A DNA stretch of 38,169 bases from Candidatus Aquidulcis frankliniae (GCA_009925905.1 RFPZ01000002.1:1-38169); one strand, 5' to 3'. Shown: positions 16,559-24,965, numbered from the stretch's first letter. Numbers and translations are program-made. Notes: generated by a model not told the origin, from the letters alone.

Positions 16559-17280
16559 GATCGCGCCGGAATCTGGTGAAAGAGTGCGACATCTACAGCG
16601 CCGCGCAGGACCTGAACGAGCGCCGCAGGACGAAGGCCGAGCGACGCTTTACCGATCGGTCCATCCAACGTGAGTGAATCGAGTGAGGTGCTGCGTGACA
16701 AGACGGTGATCTTGGCACCAGGAACCAGCCCACGTGCCTCGAGATATCCGAGCAGCGCGCCGTCGGCCTCCGCAGCTTCGGTGACGCGATAGATCGTTGC
16801 AGCCTCACCAGCCTCAAGTGCCGCGAGCGGCTCCCCCTTTGGCCGGCGAGCTTCGGTCGCTCGATCGATCGGATTCCCGTGCGGGCAAGTTTGCGGACGC
16901 CCCAGCAGTTCATCAAGTCGGGCTTCAAATTCTGGTGAAATCGAAGCGTGCAGTCGCCGCGCCTCTACATCAGCCGCGGCCCATGGCATACCAACCACAC
17001 CCGTCAGCAGCCATTCTAGGAGAGCGTGCCGACGGAAGACCGCGTCTGCGGCACTCTCGCCCGAGGCGGTGAGCTTCCAGAGACGTGCATGCCCGCTACA
17101 TGGAGCAATGAGTCGGTCGTCGGCGAGTCGCCGGAACATCTCCGCAGCGGCCTGCTTGCTGACCTCAAGGTCTTTGGCGACAAGCGATGGAGTGACTCCC
17201 TCAGCGTCATTGTGGCTGCGGAAGGCGAGGAGATACTCCTGCGCCGCCGCCGTGAGAGCCGCTCGACGTGTAGTTGTCAT
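16555..17280 (-). CDS. DtxR/IdeR/MntR-family transcriptional regulator with C-terminal FeoA/SH3-like domain
   Basis: N-terminal wHTH (YLLAF...LVAKDLEVSKQAAAEMFRRL), dimerisation helix RRHALLEWLL, CPHGNPI, and a C-terminal SH3-like segment. The stop overlaps the gltX ATG (ATGA). TAGGAT-N7-ATG at the start. Confidence 0.82.
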   Translation of the reverse strand: MTTTRRAALTAAAQEYLLAFRSHNDAEGVTPSLVAKDLEVSKQAAAEMFRRLADDRLIAPCSGHARLWKLTASGESAADAVFRRHALLEWLLTGVVGMPWAAADVEARRLHASISPEFEARLDELLGRPQTCPHGNPIDRATEARRPKGEPLAALEAGEAATIYRVTEAAEADGALLGYLEARGLVPGAKITVLSRSTSLDSLTLDGPIGKASLGLRPAALVQVLRGAVDVALFHQIPARS

Positions 17281-17287
17281 AGCCCTG

Positions 17288-17293
17288 ATCCTA
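17288..17293 (-). promoter_or_regulatory. -10 box TAGGAT, 7 nt before the DtxR-family ATG; contains the J-protein stop codon
   Basis: Minus strand reads aggTAGGATcagggctATG. Confidence 0.45.
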
Positions 17294-17989
17294 CCTGCGA
17301 CGCCAACTCAAGGCCGCAAAGGCCAGAAGTGCGCAGAGGGCCGCGGCTGCGAGCAGGCGGAGTGAGCCGCTCACCAGCACCGTGATGAGTACGAGTGCGG
17401 CGGCACCCACGGCGAGCGAGGTGGATCGGGGAACACTCGCTGATGCAGCTGTCTGAGGTTGCGCAGCGGGCTGCGCCTCCGTTCGCTCTCGTGTTGTGCG
17501 ACGAACCGGACGTCGCCCACGGGCTCGATATTCGGGCCCATGCTTTCGCGGGTCGGCGTACTCGCGCGGATTCACCGTCCAATAGGTACCAGAGTCTGCG
17601 CCAACCCAGGCAGCACCATCCCAAACTGGCTCTTCCTCGGTTGCGCCGTCATAGGTGGTGGAGCCTGGATGCGCGCTTGGCGCGGCATTGGCGCCAGGCT
17701 GTGGGCGAGCCGGTTGCGGCGTTGGACGAGGTGAAGGCGCGGGGCGCACTGGCGGCGCCTCGCGGCGAGACGCACCAACTCGCCCTGCTGCGATTGCGTC
17801 AGCAAGTGCGACTTCATAGGCCTCGGTGATCCTTGCAAACTTCGAGGTAGCCGTGCTCCCACCAATCGCGTCTGGGTGCGTTGACTTGGCGAGTCGGCGA
17901 AATGCAGACTTAACCTCGCGTGTTGATGGTTGTGCGGGAAGACCAAGTATGCGCCACGCTTCTTCGCGACGAATCTTTGGCGTTGGCAC
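17291..17989 (-). CDS. J-domain protein with Pro-rich linker and C-terminal membrane anchor
   Basis: J-domain motifs EAWRILGLPAQPSTREVKSAFRRLAKSTHPD (HPD) and ITEAYEV. A Pro/Ala-rich linker, then a C-terminal hydrophobic stretch of about 40 aa ending RRR. GTG start. Confidence 0.75.
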   Translation of the reverse strand: MPTPKIRREEAWRILGLPAQPSTREVKSAFRRLAKSTHPDAIGGSTATSKFARITEAYEVALADAIAAGRVGASRREAPPVRPAPSPRPTPQPARPQPGANAAPSAHPGSTTYDGATEEEPVWDGAAWVGADSGTYWTVNPREYADPRKHGPEYRARGRRPVRRTTRERTEAQPAAQPQTAASASVPRSTSLAVGAAALVLITVLVSGSLRLLAAAALCALLAFAALSWRRR

Positions 17990-17992
17990 GGT

Positions 17993-19015
17993 CTAGGAAA
18001 CCTTGAGTGTCGCTAGCGACTCTCCAGGTTGCACCGTGGCGAGTGCTGCGCCGCCGCGCGGATCAGCAAGGCTGACCGTGCGATGCGAATCGAGCGAGCT
18101 TGCGGTGGCGACTGGCGCACCAATTGCGGCAAGCACTGCAACGCTGGCGACGCGTCCAGAGCGCGCCGCTGCGTCGCCATCTTCCGTGCGCACGGCGATC
18201 CCGTAACCAGGAACTCCAACGAGGCAGAGCCCCTCGGCCCCCTGCTTGGCTACCACTACACCTTCACCGCCACGGATGAGGTCGGTATCTAGAAAGCCGG
18301 CTCCGGAGATCAGGCGCGGGTGGCTGACGGCTGCGAAGCGAACGCGCTCAAGCAGCGCTTGAAAGCGCTCTGGGACCAGTGCATCGTGCGGGGTGGCCCA
18401 GCGACGCGCCCCCTCCGCAGCCACGCGAAGTGGAACTGCCGATGTAGGAATTCCACAGCCATCGACCCCCCACGGCGCGGCATGCAGATTCGCACTCAGC
18501 AGCGCACCGACAACGGTGCGCAGCTCGTGTTGCACCGGGTGATCGAAGTTGTCGTAACCGATCGGATCAAACCCACGTGCCTTTGCCAGGATGAGTAGGG
18601 AGAGGTGCTGCCCAGAGCACATGTGCGCGAGCAAGTCACCACTGCCACCGCGCGCGCTCTGCGGTCGACCGTGCACGAGATGCGCTGGGTCAAGCCCGAA
18701 GGTGTCAATCATCCGCTGCGCCACCGCAGTGTGCTCGTCCGCACCCGCATGGCTCGCGGAGGCGAGTGCAATCATCTCGTCGTCGAGCGCGAGGCCCGCT
18801 TCGTGTGCCGCGGCGAGGACCGCCACTGCGGTGAAGGGCTTGACGGAACTTCGGAGTGAGATCAGCCGATCTGCTTCACCCAGGCTTGCCGCAAGACGAC
18901 CCCCCGCGGCCACGACCGCCACGTCGCCACGATGTACCGACTCGGTGATTTGGCCACGTTGCACCACCGTGATCACGGGTGGTGGCAGGCGATCGCCGAC
19001 GCGAACGCCGCTCAT
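17993..19015 (-). CDS. asparaginase II family protein (Rhizobium AnsA-type, PF06089-like)
   Basis: Motifs RGQITESVHRG, LRSSVKPFTAVAVL, ASASHAG.DEH, MCSGQHL, DHPVQ and GVDGCGIPT match the asparaginase II family pattern. Confidence 0.8.
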   Translation of the reverse strand: MSGVRVGDRLPPPVITVVQRGQITESVHRGDVAVVAAGGRLAASLGEADRLISLRSSVKPFTAVAVLAAAHEAGLALDDEMIALASASHAGADEHTAVAQRMIDTFGLDPAHLVHGRPQSARGGSGDLLAHMCSGQHLSLLILAKARGFDPIGYDNFDHPVQHELRTVVGALLSANLHAAPWGVDGCGIPTSAVPLRVAAEGARRWATPHDALVPERFQALLERVRFAAVSHPRLISGAGFLDTDLIRGGEGVVVAKQGAEGLCLVGVPGYGIAVRTEDGDAAARSGRVASVAVLAAIGAPVATASSLDSHRTVSLADPRGGAALATVQPGESLATLKVS

Positions 19016-20349
19016 GCCAGGCCGAGGGCCTTGTCAACCTCTGTCAAACCGCGATCGATCACATCAAACGCAAAGTCGAGCTCTTCGTTTGTGATGATTA
19101 GTGGTGGATTCGTGAAGAATCCATTCCAGCGCACGATCGTGTAGAGGCCGTTCTTACGGAAGAAAGCGCCAAGCGCAAGCATCTCTGGTGCACTCGTGTT
19201 GAACGCCGCGATTGGCTCTTGCGTCTTCGGGTCGCGCACCAACTCAATGATGCCGAACAGGCCAATGTTCCGAATCGGACCAACGCAAGGGTGCTTCGCC
19301 TTCATGCGCTCGTGATGCGCGCGGAGCGTTTTCCCCATCATTGCGGCACGGGTGATCAGGTCGTCCTCCTCATACACCTCAATGGTGGCCAGAGCCGTGG
19401 CGCAGGCGAGCGGATGGCTGTTGTAGGTCAACCCGCCACCGAACACCTTCTCAGCGAAGTGATCGGCAATCGGTCGCCGCATGCCAAGGGCACCGAGCTG
19501 CACGTAAGCGCTGGTGAGGCCTTTCGCCATGGTGATCATGTCGGGCACGACCCCCGAATGCTCAATGGCGAACCACTTCCCCGTGCGGCCGAATCCGGCC
19601 ATCACCTCGTCGGCGATCAGCAGGATGCCGTGGCGATCACAGATGTCACGAAGCCCCTGCATGTAGCCGTCGGGTGGAATGAGGATTCCGTTGGTTCCCA
19701 CAACAGATTCAACGATCATCGCTGCGACGGTCTGTGGACCTTCAAAACGAATGATCTTCTCCGTCTCCGCAAGCACCTCTGCGACTGGGCGTGGCTCAGC
19801 AGCGCCAAATTCGTGGAAGTCGGGGATGCGGAAGATGCCAGGCATGCCGGGCTCGGCGAACCAGCGGCGTGGGTCGCCCGTTGCGCTGAGTGCTCCCGAA
19901 GTTCCGCCGTGATATGAGCGATACCGTGCTGCGACCTTGTGTCGACCCGTGTAGAGGCGAGCGATGCGGAAGGCATTCTCTACCGCTTCAGCTCCACCAT
20001 TGGTGAAGAAGAAGGCGTCGATGTCGCCGGGGCAAATCTCAGCGAGCTTCGCACCAAGTCGGGCGCGCGGCTCCGTCGCCATGAAGGGGTTCGCGTAAGC
20101 GAGCGTCGCCGCCTGATCGGTGATCGCCTTCAGCACACGCTCATCGCCGTGGCCGATGTTGGTGCACATGAGTTGGCTATTGAAATCGAGGAACTTCTCC
20201 TCTTCAGGTGTCCAGAACCACGAGCCCTTCGCGCGAGCGATCGGAATCGGGTTCGCTGCAGCCTGGGCGGACCATTCGGTCATGGTGTGGCGCTTGGAGA
20301 GGGCGACCATCTCTGGTCCGCTCAGTGGGGCTCGCTTGGCTGCGCTCAT
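19012..20349 (-). CDS. class-III (omega) aminotransferase, beta-alanine/omega-amino acid:pyruvate type
   Basis: Motifs FTNGGAEAVENAFRIAR, DEVMAGFGRTGKWFA and MAKGLTSAY (PLP Lys). I chose ATG 20349 (GGGAGGG 4 nt upstream) over the ORF-track 20412. The stop overlaps the asparaginase ATG. Confidence 0.85.
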   Translation of the reverse strand: MSAAKRAPLSGPEMVALSKRHTMTEWSAQAAANPIPIARAKGSWFWTPEEEKFLDFNSQLMCTNIGHGDERVLKAITDQAATLAYANPFMATEPRARLGAKLAEICPGDIDAFFFTNGGAEAVENAFRIARLYTGRHKVAARYRSYHGGTSGALSATGDPRRWFAEPGMPGIFRIPDFHEFGAAEPRPVAEVLAETEKIIRFEGPQTVAAMIVESVVGTNGILIPPDGYMQGLRDICDRHGILLIADEVMAGFGRTGKWFAIEHSGVVPDMITMAKGLTSAYVQLGALGMRRPIADHFAEKVFGGGLTYNSHPLACATALATIEVYEEDDLITRAAMMGKTLRAHHERMKAKHPCVGPIRNIGLFGIIELVRDPKTQEPIAAFNTSAPEMLALGAFFRKNGLYTIVRWNGFFTNPPLIITNEELDFAFDVIDRGLTEVDKALGLA

Positions 20350-20466
20350 GGACCCTCCCAGTGATGAGGCGCAGGCGCGCCCTCGTGCCGCTGAGGATAC
20401 CCCCCTTCGCATGGTGCGTGGCGCGAGACAATCACGCTATGCGCCGCGCTCGGGGCGCCGATCAGC

Positions 20467-20472
20467 GAGAAT
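20467..20472 (+). promoter_or_regulatory. -10-like GAGAAT, 6 nt before mmsA ATG, embedded in palindrome GCGAGAATCTCGC
   Basis: cagcGAGAATctcgccATGG. The 13-bp perfect palindrome spans 20465..20477. Confidence 0.35.
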
Positions 20473-20478
20473 CTCGCC

Positions 20479-21957
20479 ATGGCAACAACCTTTGAAAGCT
20501 TGGCCGCGCAAAGCGCCCCAGCCACCCTAAAGAACTACATCAATGGGCACTGGGTCGCCTCCGCTTCGAGCGAGCGGCTTGTGGTGCCGAACCCAGCGAC
20601 CGAGGCACCCCTCGCCTACGTGCCGCTCTCCAACGCGAGCGACGTGCAGGCCGCCGTTGAGGCGGCGCGGGCTGCCGCTCACGAATGGGGCGAGATGCCA
20701 CCGCCTGAGCGCGCCGGCTACCTCTTTAAGCTGCGCGAGGCGATGCTTGATAACCGCGACGCATTGGCCAAGCTCGTCACCACCGAGAACGGCAAAGTAC
20801 TGAGCGATGCAACGGGTGAGGTTCGCCGTGGTATCGAGGTCGTTGATTTTGCGTGCGGCGCGCCAACGCTCCTCATGGGCCAGAACCTTGATCAGGTTTC
20901 CCGTGGCATTGACTCCGAGATGGTGCGCTTCCCCGTCGGTGTCGTCGCCGGCATCACCCCGTTCAACTTCCCCTTTATGGTGCCGATGTGGATGTTGCCA
21001 CTCGCAATCGCCTGTGGGAACTCGTTTATCCTGAAGCCATCTGAGCGCACGCCGCTCTCGTCGCAACGCATTATGGAGATCTGCGAAGAGGCGGGCATTC
21101 CAGCCGGCGTTGTCGGCTTGGTGCACGGTGCTGTGGAGACGGTCACCGGCCTCATCACGAACCCAGGCGTCGATGCCATTAGCTTCGTTGGCTCTGAGCG
21201 CGTCGCACGCATCGTCTATGAGACTGCGGCCAAGAGCGGCAAGCGCGTGCAGGCGCTCGGTGGCGCAAAGAATCACATCATCGCCATGCCCGACGCGGTG
21301 CTCGACCAGAGCGTGCCCAACATCGCAGAGTCTGCCTTCGGCAATGCGGGGCAGCGCTGCCTCGCAGGCTCCGTGCTCACCCTCGTTGGCGAGGCGCGCG
21401 AGCGCATGTTGCCACGACTCCTCGAGCATGCCGACACCATCAAGATGGGATTCGGCCTCGACGCGGGTGTCTCGCTCGGCCCCGTCATTCGTAGCGAGGC
21501 GCGCGAGCGCATTCACACCCTTGTCGATCAGGGCGTCGCTTCAGGCGCGAAGATGCTGCGTGACGGACGCGGCACCGGCCCCGAGAAGGGCTACTTCGTT
21601 GGCCCTACGCTGCTCGAGATCGCACCAACGTCGCCACTGGCACGCGAGGAGGTCTTCGGGCCGGTCCTATCCGTGCTCTACGCCAAGGATCTTGATGAAG
21701 CGCTCCGCCTCATGGCCGAGACGAACGAGTACGGGAATGCTGCCAGCATCTACACGGCATCGGGCTCTGCGGCGCGCGAGTTCAAGCGCAAGGCAACCTC
21801 AGGCATGCTCGGTGTGAACGTTGGTGTTGCTGCGCCGATGGCCTTCTTCCCGTTCAGTGGGCGCCGCAAAAGTTTCTTCGGCGATCTGCACGCGACCGGT
21901 CGCGACGGGGTGGAGTTCTACACCACGAAAAAGGTTGTTACCGCTCGCTGGTTCTAA
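20479..21957 (+). CDS. mmsA: CoA-acylating methylmalonate/malonate-semialdehyde dehydrogenase
   Basis: Motifs LKNYINGHWV, ITPFNFPFMVPMWM, FILKPSE, GGAKNH, GQRCLA and the C-terminus GVEFYTTKKVVTARWF are typical of MmsA. Confidence 0.9.
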   Translation: MATTFESLAAQSAPATLKNYINGHWVASASSERLVVPNPATEAPLAYVPLSNASDVQAAVEAARAAAHEWGEMPPPERAGYLFKLREAMLDNRDALAKLVTTENGKVLSDATGEVRRGIEVVDFACGAPTLLMGQNLDQVSRGIDSEMVRFPVGVVAGITPFNFPFMVPMWMLPLAIACGNSFILKPSERTPLSSQRIMEICEEAGIPAGVVGLVHGAVETVTGLITNPGVDAISFVGSERVARIVYETAAKSGKRVQALGGAKNHIIAMPDAVLDQSVPNIAESAFGNAGQRCLAGSVLTLVGEARERMLPRLLEHADTIKMGFGLDAGVSLGPVIRSEARERIHTLVDQGVASGAKMLRDGRGTGPEKGYFVGPTLLEIAPTSPLAREEVFGPVLSVLYAKDLDEALRLMAETNEYGNAASIYTASGSAAREFKRKATSGMLGVNVGVAAPMAFFPFSGRRKSFFGDLHATGRDGVEFYTTKKVVTARWF

Positions 21958-21976
21958 ATCTACGGCGCCGCAGTCG

Positions 21977-22909
21977 CTAAAGCAGATCGACGAGCTCTTT
22001 TACCGCATCAGCCGAGCGTTTGAATGCCGCAGCCTCGTCACTCGTCAAGGTGATCTCAACGATTTTCTCGATCCCGTTTCCACCGACCACCACAGGGACC
22101 CCAACATAGAGCCCCTTCACTCCGTATTCGCCCTCAAGGAGTGCGGCGCATGGAATCAGGCGACGGCGATCGAGCAGGATGCTCTCCACCACTTCAAAGG
22201 TGGCGGCCGCGGGCGCGTAGTAGGCCGAGCCGGTTTTCAGCAGCTCGACAATCTCTGCGCCACCACTGCGGGTTCGCTTGACGATCGCCTCAATGCGATC
22301 TGCGGGGAGGAATTCAGGCAGCGGAATGCCGCCTATAGATGAGTAGCGCGGCAACGGAACCATCGTGTCGCCATGGCCGCCGAGCACAAAGGCTCGCACA
22401 TCCTCAACGCTCACACCTGCCTCTTGCGCGATGAAGGTGCGATAGCGCGCGGAATCGAGCGTGCCAGCCATGCCGATGACTCGCTGCTTCGGGAACCCCG
22501 ACGCTTTGAGGGCAACGTGGCACATCGCATCGAGCGGATTGGTGACGACAACCAAGATGGCGTCAGGTGAGCGCTTCGTTGACTCGGTCACCACGCTACG
22601 AACAATGCCGGCATTGGTATTGAGCAGATCGTCGCGGCTCATCCCCGGCTTGCGGGCAATACCGCTGGTCACGACGATTACATCGGAGTTCGCCGTGTCG
22701 TCGTAGCTATTGGTGCCGATGATGTGGGCGTCGTGACCTACAACTGGAGCCGCCTCGGCAAGGTCGAGCCCCTTCCCTTGCGGGAGCCCCTCAACGATGT
22801 CGATGAGGACGACATCGGCAAGTCCGGATTCAGCGATTCGCTGCGCTGTCGTTGCGCCCACGTTCCCTGCGCCGATGACGGTGACCTTGCGACGCTGAAT
22901 CTTTGCCAT
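21977..22909 (-). CDS. mdh: malate dehydrogenase (LDH-like type)
   Basis: Motifs [30 protein letters not shown] and [13 protein letters not shown] 22909 is preceded by GAGGAGGG. The ORF-track extension to 23062 overlaps lgt. Confidence 0.92.
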   Translation of the reverse strand: MAKIQRRKVTVIGAGNVGATTAQRIAESGLADVVLIDIVEGLPQGKGLDLAEAAPVVGHDAHIIGTNSYDDTANSDVIVVTSGIARKPGMSRDDLLNTNAGIVRSVVTESTKRSPDAILVVVTNPLDAMCHVALKASGFPKQRVIGMAGTLDSARYRTFIAQEAGVSVEDVRAFVLGGHGDTMVPLPRYSSIGGIPLPEFLPADRIEAIVKRTRSGGAEIVELLKTGSAYYAPAAATFEVVESILLDRRRLIPCAALLEGEYGVKGLYVGVPVVVGGNGIEKIVEITLTSDEAAAFKRSADAVKELVDLL

Positions 22910-22921
22910 GAGCCCTCCTCT

Positions 22922-22939
22922 CTCGGCGGGATCGCCGAG
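22922..22939 (-). other. 7-bp GC-rich stem-loop in the mdh 5' leader, directly 5' of the SD
   Basis: CTCGGCG-atcc-CGCCGAG (minus strand), perfect 7-bp stem, no U-tract. Confidence 0.4.
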
Positions 22940-22946
22940 CACGCTG

Positions 22947-22952
22947 ATCCTA
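22947..22952 (-). promoter_or_regulatory. -10 box TAGGAT for mdh (contains the lgt stop codon), followed by a leader hairpin and SD
   Basis: Minus strand reads ggTAGGATcagcgtgCTCGGCGatccCGCCGAGagaggagggctcATG. Confidence 0.4.
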
Positions 22953-23774
22953 CCGCTGGCGCCGCTTCTTGGCGGTGGTTGCCGCACGCAAGCGCACGGT
23001 GGCGACGGCCAGCGTGGCGAACAGCACCGCTCCCATGACGAAGTAGGCGGTCGCAATGCCACCCACCTGCCAGTTCTCTAAGCGAAGCCCCTCAAGGGCG
23101 ATGCGGGTGACGCTGTACCAGGCGACGGCGCCAAGGCCGATCATGCCGGGAAGGAGATGCTCCTTGAGTCGCTGTCCGAGCGCGGGAAGGATGAGTGCGC
23201 CCGCGAGGCCCGAGAGTGACTCGTAGAGGAAGAGGGGGTGGAACCGTGTCGCATCACCAACGGCTGCACACGAGACGCTGACGGCACGATGGGCGCAGTC
23301 GATCGCGAGCCCCCAGGGTAGATCGGTTGGAGCGCCGTAGAGCTCCTGGTTGAACCAGTTCCCCCAGCGGGCGATGGCCTGCATCACCAAGATCGCCGGA
23401 CCGGCAACGTCAACCCAGCCCCATGGCTCTTGGTGCCAGCGTCGCAAGATCACCACGAGTGCGATCGTCCCCGTAATGAGGCCACCTGGGGCGCCGAGCC
23501 CCTCATACGGTGGAATGATCGCGGAGATTGGGTTCGCTGCGTATAGACGATCCCACGCATCAATCACATGATAGAGGCGGCCACCCGCCAGCGCGGCAAT
23601 GGAGATGATGATCAACCCATCGAGGATGAGCTTCTCGTTTAGAGAGCGGCGACGGGCCTCCCGCACCATAAAGCGATACGCGACCAGTAATCCAACGGCG
23701 TAGAGCAGTCCATACCACCGAATAACCAACGGACCAATCTCGATCAGGATCGAGTCTGGTGGAGTTGGAAACAT
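22950..23774 (-). CDS. lgt: prolipoprotein diacylglyceryl transferase
   Basis: Motifs [13 protein letters not shown] and [13 protein letters not shown] (Lgt signature). Polytopic membrane protein. Confidence 0.92.
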   Translation of the reverse strand: MFPTPPDSILIEIGPLVIRWYGLLYAVGLLVAYRFMVREARRRSLNEKLILDGLIIISIAALAGGRLYHVIDAWDRLYAANPISAIIPPYEGLGAPGGLITGTIALVVILRRWHQEPWGWVDVAGPAILVMQAIARWGNWFNQELYGAPTDLPWGLAIDCAHRAVSVSCAAVGDATRFHPLFLYESLSGLAGALILPALGQRLKEHLLPGMIGLGAVAWYSVTRIALEGLRLENWQVGGIATAYFVMGAVLFATLAVATVRLRAATTAKKRRQR

Positions 23775-24920
23775 TTAAACGTTGACTCCGATCAGCGAAC
23801 CAACAGCGTACGTAATTGCGGCTGCTGCGGCACCGATGGCAAGCTGTCGCAGCCCTGTATAGATTGCCGACTTTCCCGTTAGCAGGCTTACTGCGGCGCC
23901 AACGCTAAAGAGCGCGATCGCTGTGACGGCAATGCTTGCGAGCAACGCGGTTGAGCCTGTGAGCAGAATGAACGGCAGCAGCGGCAGGAATGCACCGATG
24001 GCGAATGCGATGAACGATCCCGCTGCGGCTCCCCACGGAGATCCGAGCTCTTCGGGGTCAAGTCCGAGCTCTTCGCGGACAAGGGTTTCGAGTGCGACCG
24101 AAGGATTGGACATCAGCCGCTGAGCAATTGACCGTGCCTCTTCTTCAGGGAAGCCGCGTGCGCGATAGATTCCGGCAATCTCTGCCTCCTCCTCTTCTGG
24201 CATCGCTTCAAGCTCCGCGCGTTCTAGCTCAATCTGCCGTTCAAGGAGTTCGGTCTGGCTGCGCATGGAAACGTACTCACCCGCCGCCATGCTAAATGCG
24301 CCGGCGAGGAGCCCAGCGATGCCGGCAAGGACAACGAAGCCACCTTGGCCACTAGCCGTGGTTGCGCCAGCGATACCCATCACCAAGGCGGCATTTGAGA
24401 CAAGGCCATCGGAAACTCCAAAGATCGTCGCGCGTAGTGTGCCGCTGCTCCCCGAGCGGTGCCACGGCTCGCGTGCCTTCGTCTCGGCAAGCGCAGCGCG
24501 ATGTGCGCCGCCACTCTTCTCCCCATCGAGTTCGCGCCAGATGTCGGCGTGCTTCGCCTCATCGGCGGCAATATCGGTGACTTCGGGTACGTCGCCATGC
24601 GCGCCGTACACTTCCTCTTCGTACCCCTCAAGCGCTTTCACCATGTCGCTCACCGCACGCGTGCCGAAGAGTCGCGCGAGCAACGTGATCTGGCGCACGC
24701 GCCAACTTGGGCGCTTCGTGGCGGGTACCTGCTCGCCGAGGCTTAAGAGCTTCGCCTCCCAGATGGCGGCGTGGCGGCGCTCGCTCGTTGCGATGCGCTC
24801 GAAGGCGCTGCGGCGCGCGGGATCTTTCTCAATTCTGGCGAGAGCGTCATACAAGAAGATCGCGTCGCGCTCGAGCGCTAGTCCGGCAAGGCTTGCGGCG
24901 CGGTCTTTGATCGCTTGCAT
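23775..24920 (-). CDS. mbfA: erythrin/ferritin-like domain fused to VIT1/CCC1 iron transporter (MbfA-like iron exporter)
   Basis: The N-terminal four-helix region has two ExxH motifs (SERRHA, DEAKHA). The C-terminal VIT1 domain has FGVSDGLVSN and 5 TM helices. The stop abuts the lgt ATG (TAAATG). Confidence 0.8.
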   Translation of the reverse strand: MQAIKDRAASLAGLALERDAIFLYDALARIEKDPARRSAFERIATSERRHAAIWEAKLLSLGEQVPATKRPSWRVRQITLLARLFGTRAVSDMVKALEGYEEEVYGAHGDVPEVTDIAADEAKHADIWRELDGEKSGGAHRAALAETKAREPWHRSGSSGTLRATIFGVSDGLVSNAALVMGIAGATTASGQGGFVVLAGIAGLLAGAFSMAAGEYVSMRSQTELLERQIELERAELEAMPEEEEAEIAGIYRARGFPEEEARSIAQRLMSNPSVALETLVREELGLDPEELGSPWGAAAGSFIAFAIGAFLPLLPFILLTGSTALLASIAVTAIALFSVGAAVSLLTGKSAIYTGLRQLAIGAAAAAITYAVGSLIGVNV

Positions 24921-24934
24921 TGGGGCTCCCCTCT

Positions 24935-24951
24935 TGCGCAGGTGTTGCGCA
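24935..24951 (-). promoter_or_regulatory. perfect inverted repeat TGCGCA-N5-TGCGCA in the mbfA leader (operator or RNA hairpin)
   Basis: Read directly. 6-bp arms, 5-nt spacer, between the -10 box and the SD. Confidence 0.4.
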
Positions 24952-24959
24952 TCGCCCCC

Positions 24960-24965
24960 ATCCTA
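24960..24965 (-). promoter_or_regulatory. -10 box TAGGAT for the mbfA-like gene (about 33-nt leader predicted)
   Basis: Minus strand reads gcgcTAGGATgggggcgaTGCGCAacaccTGCGCAagaggggagccccaATG. Confidence 0.4.

Noticed and set aside
20527-21516. 329-aa ORF antisense to mmsA
   Set aside because: It lies entirely opposite a gene whose product shows family motifs end to end. Its translation is Arg/Ala/Gly/His-rich with no recognisable motif. This is a typical shadow ORF from high third-position GC.
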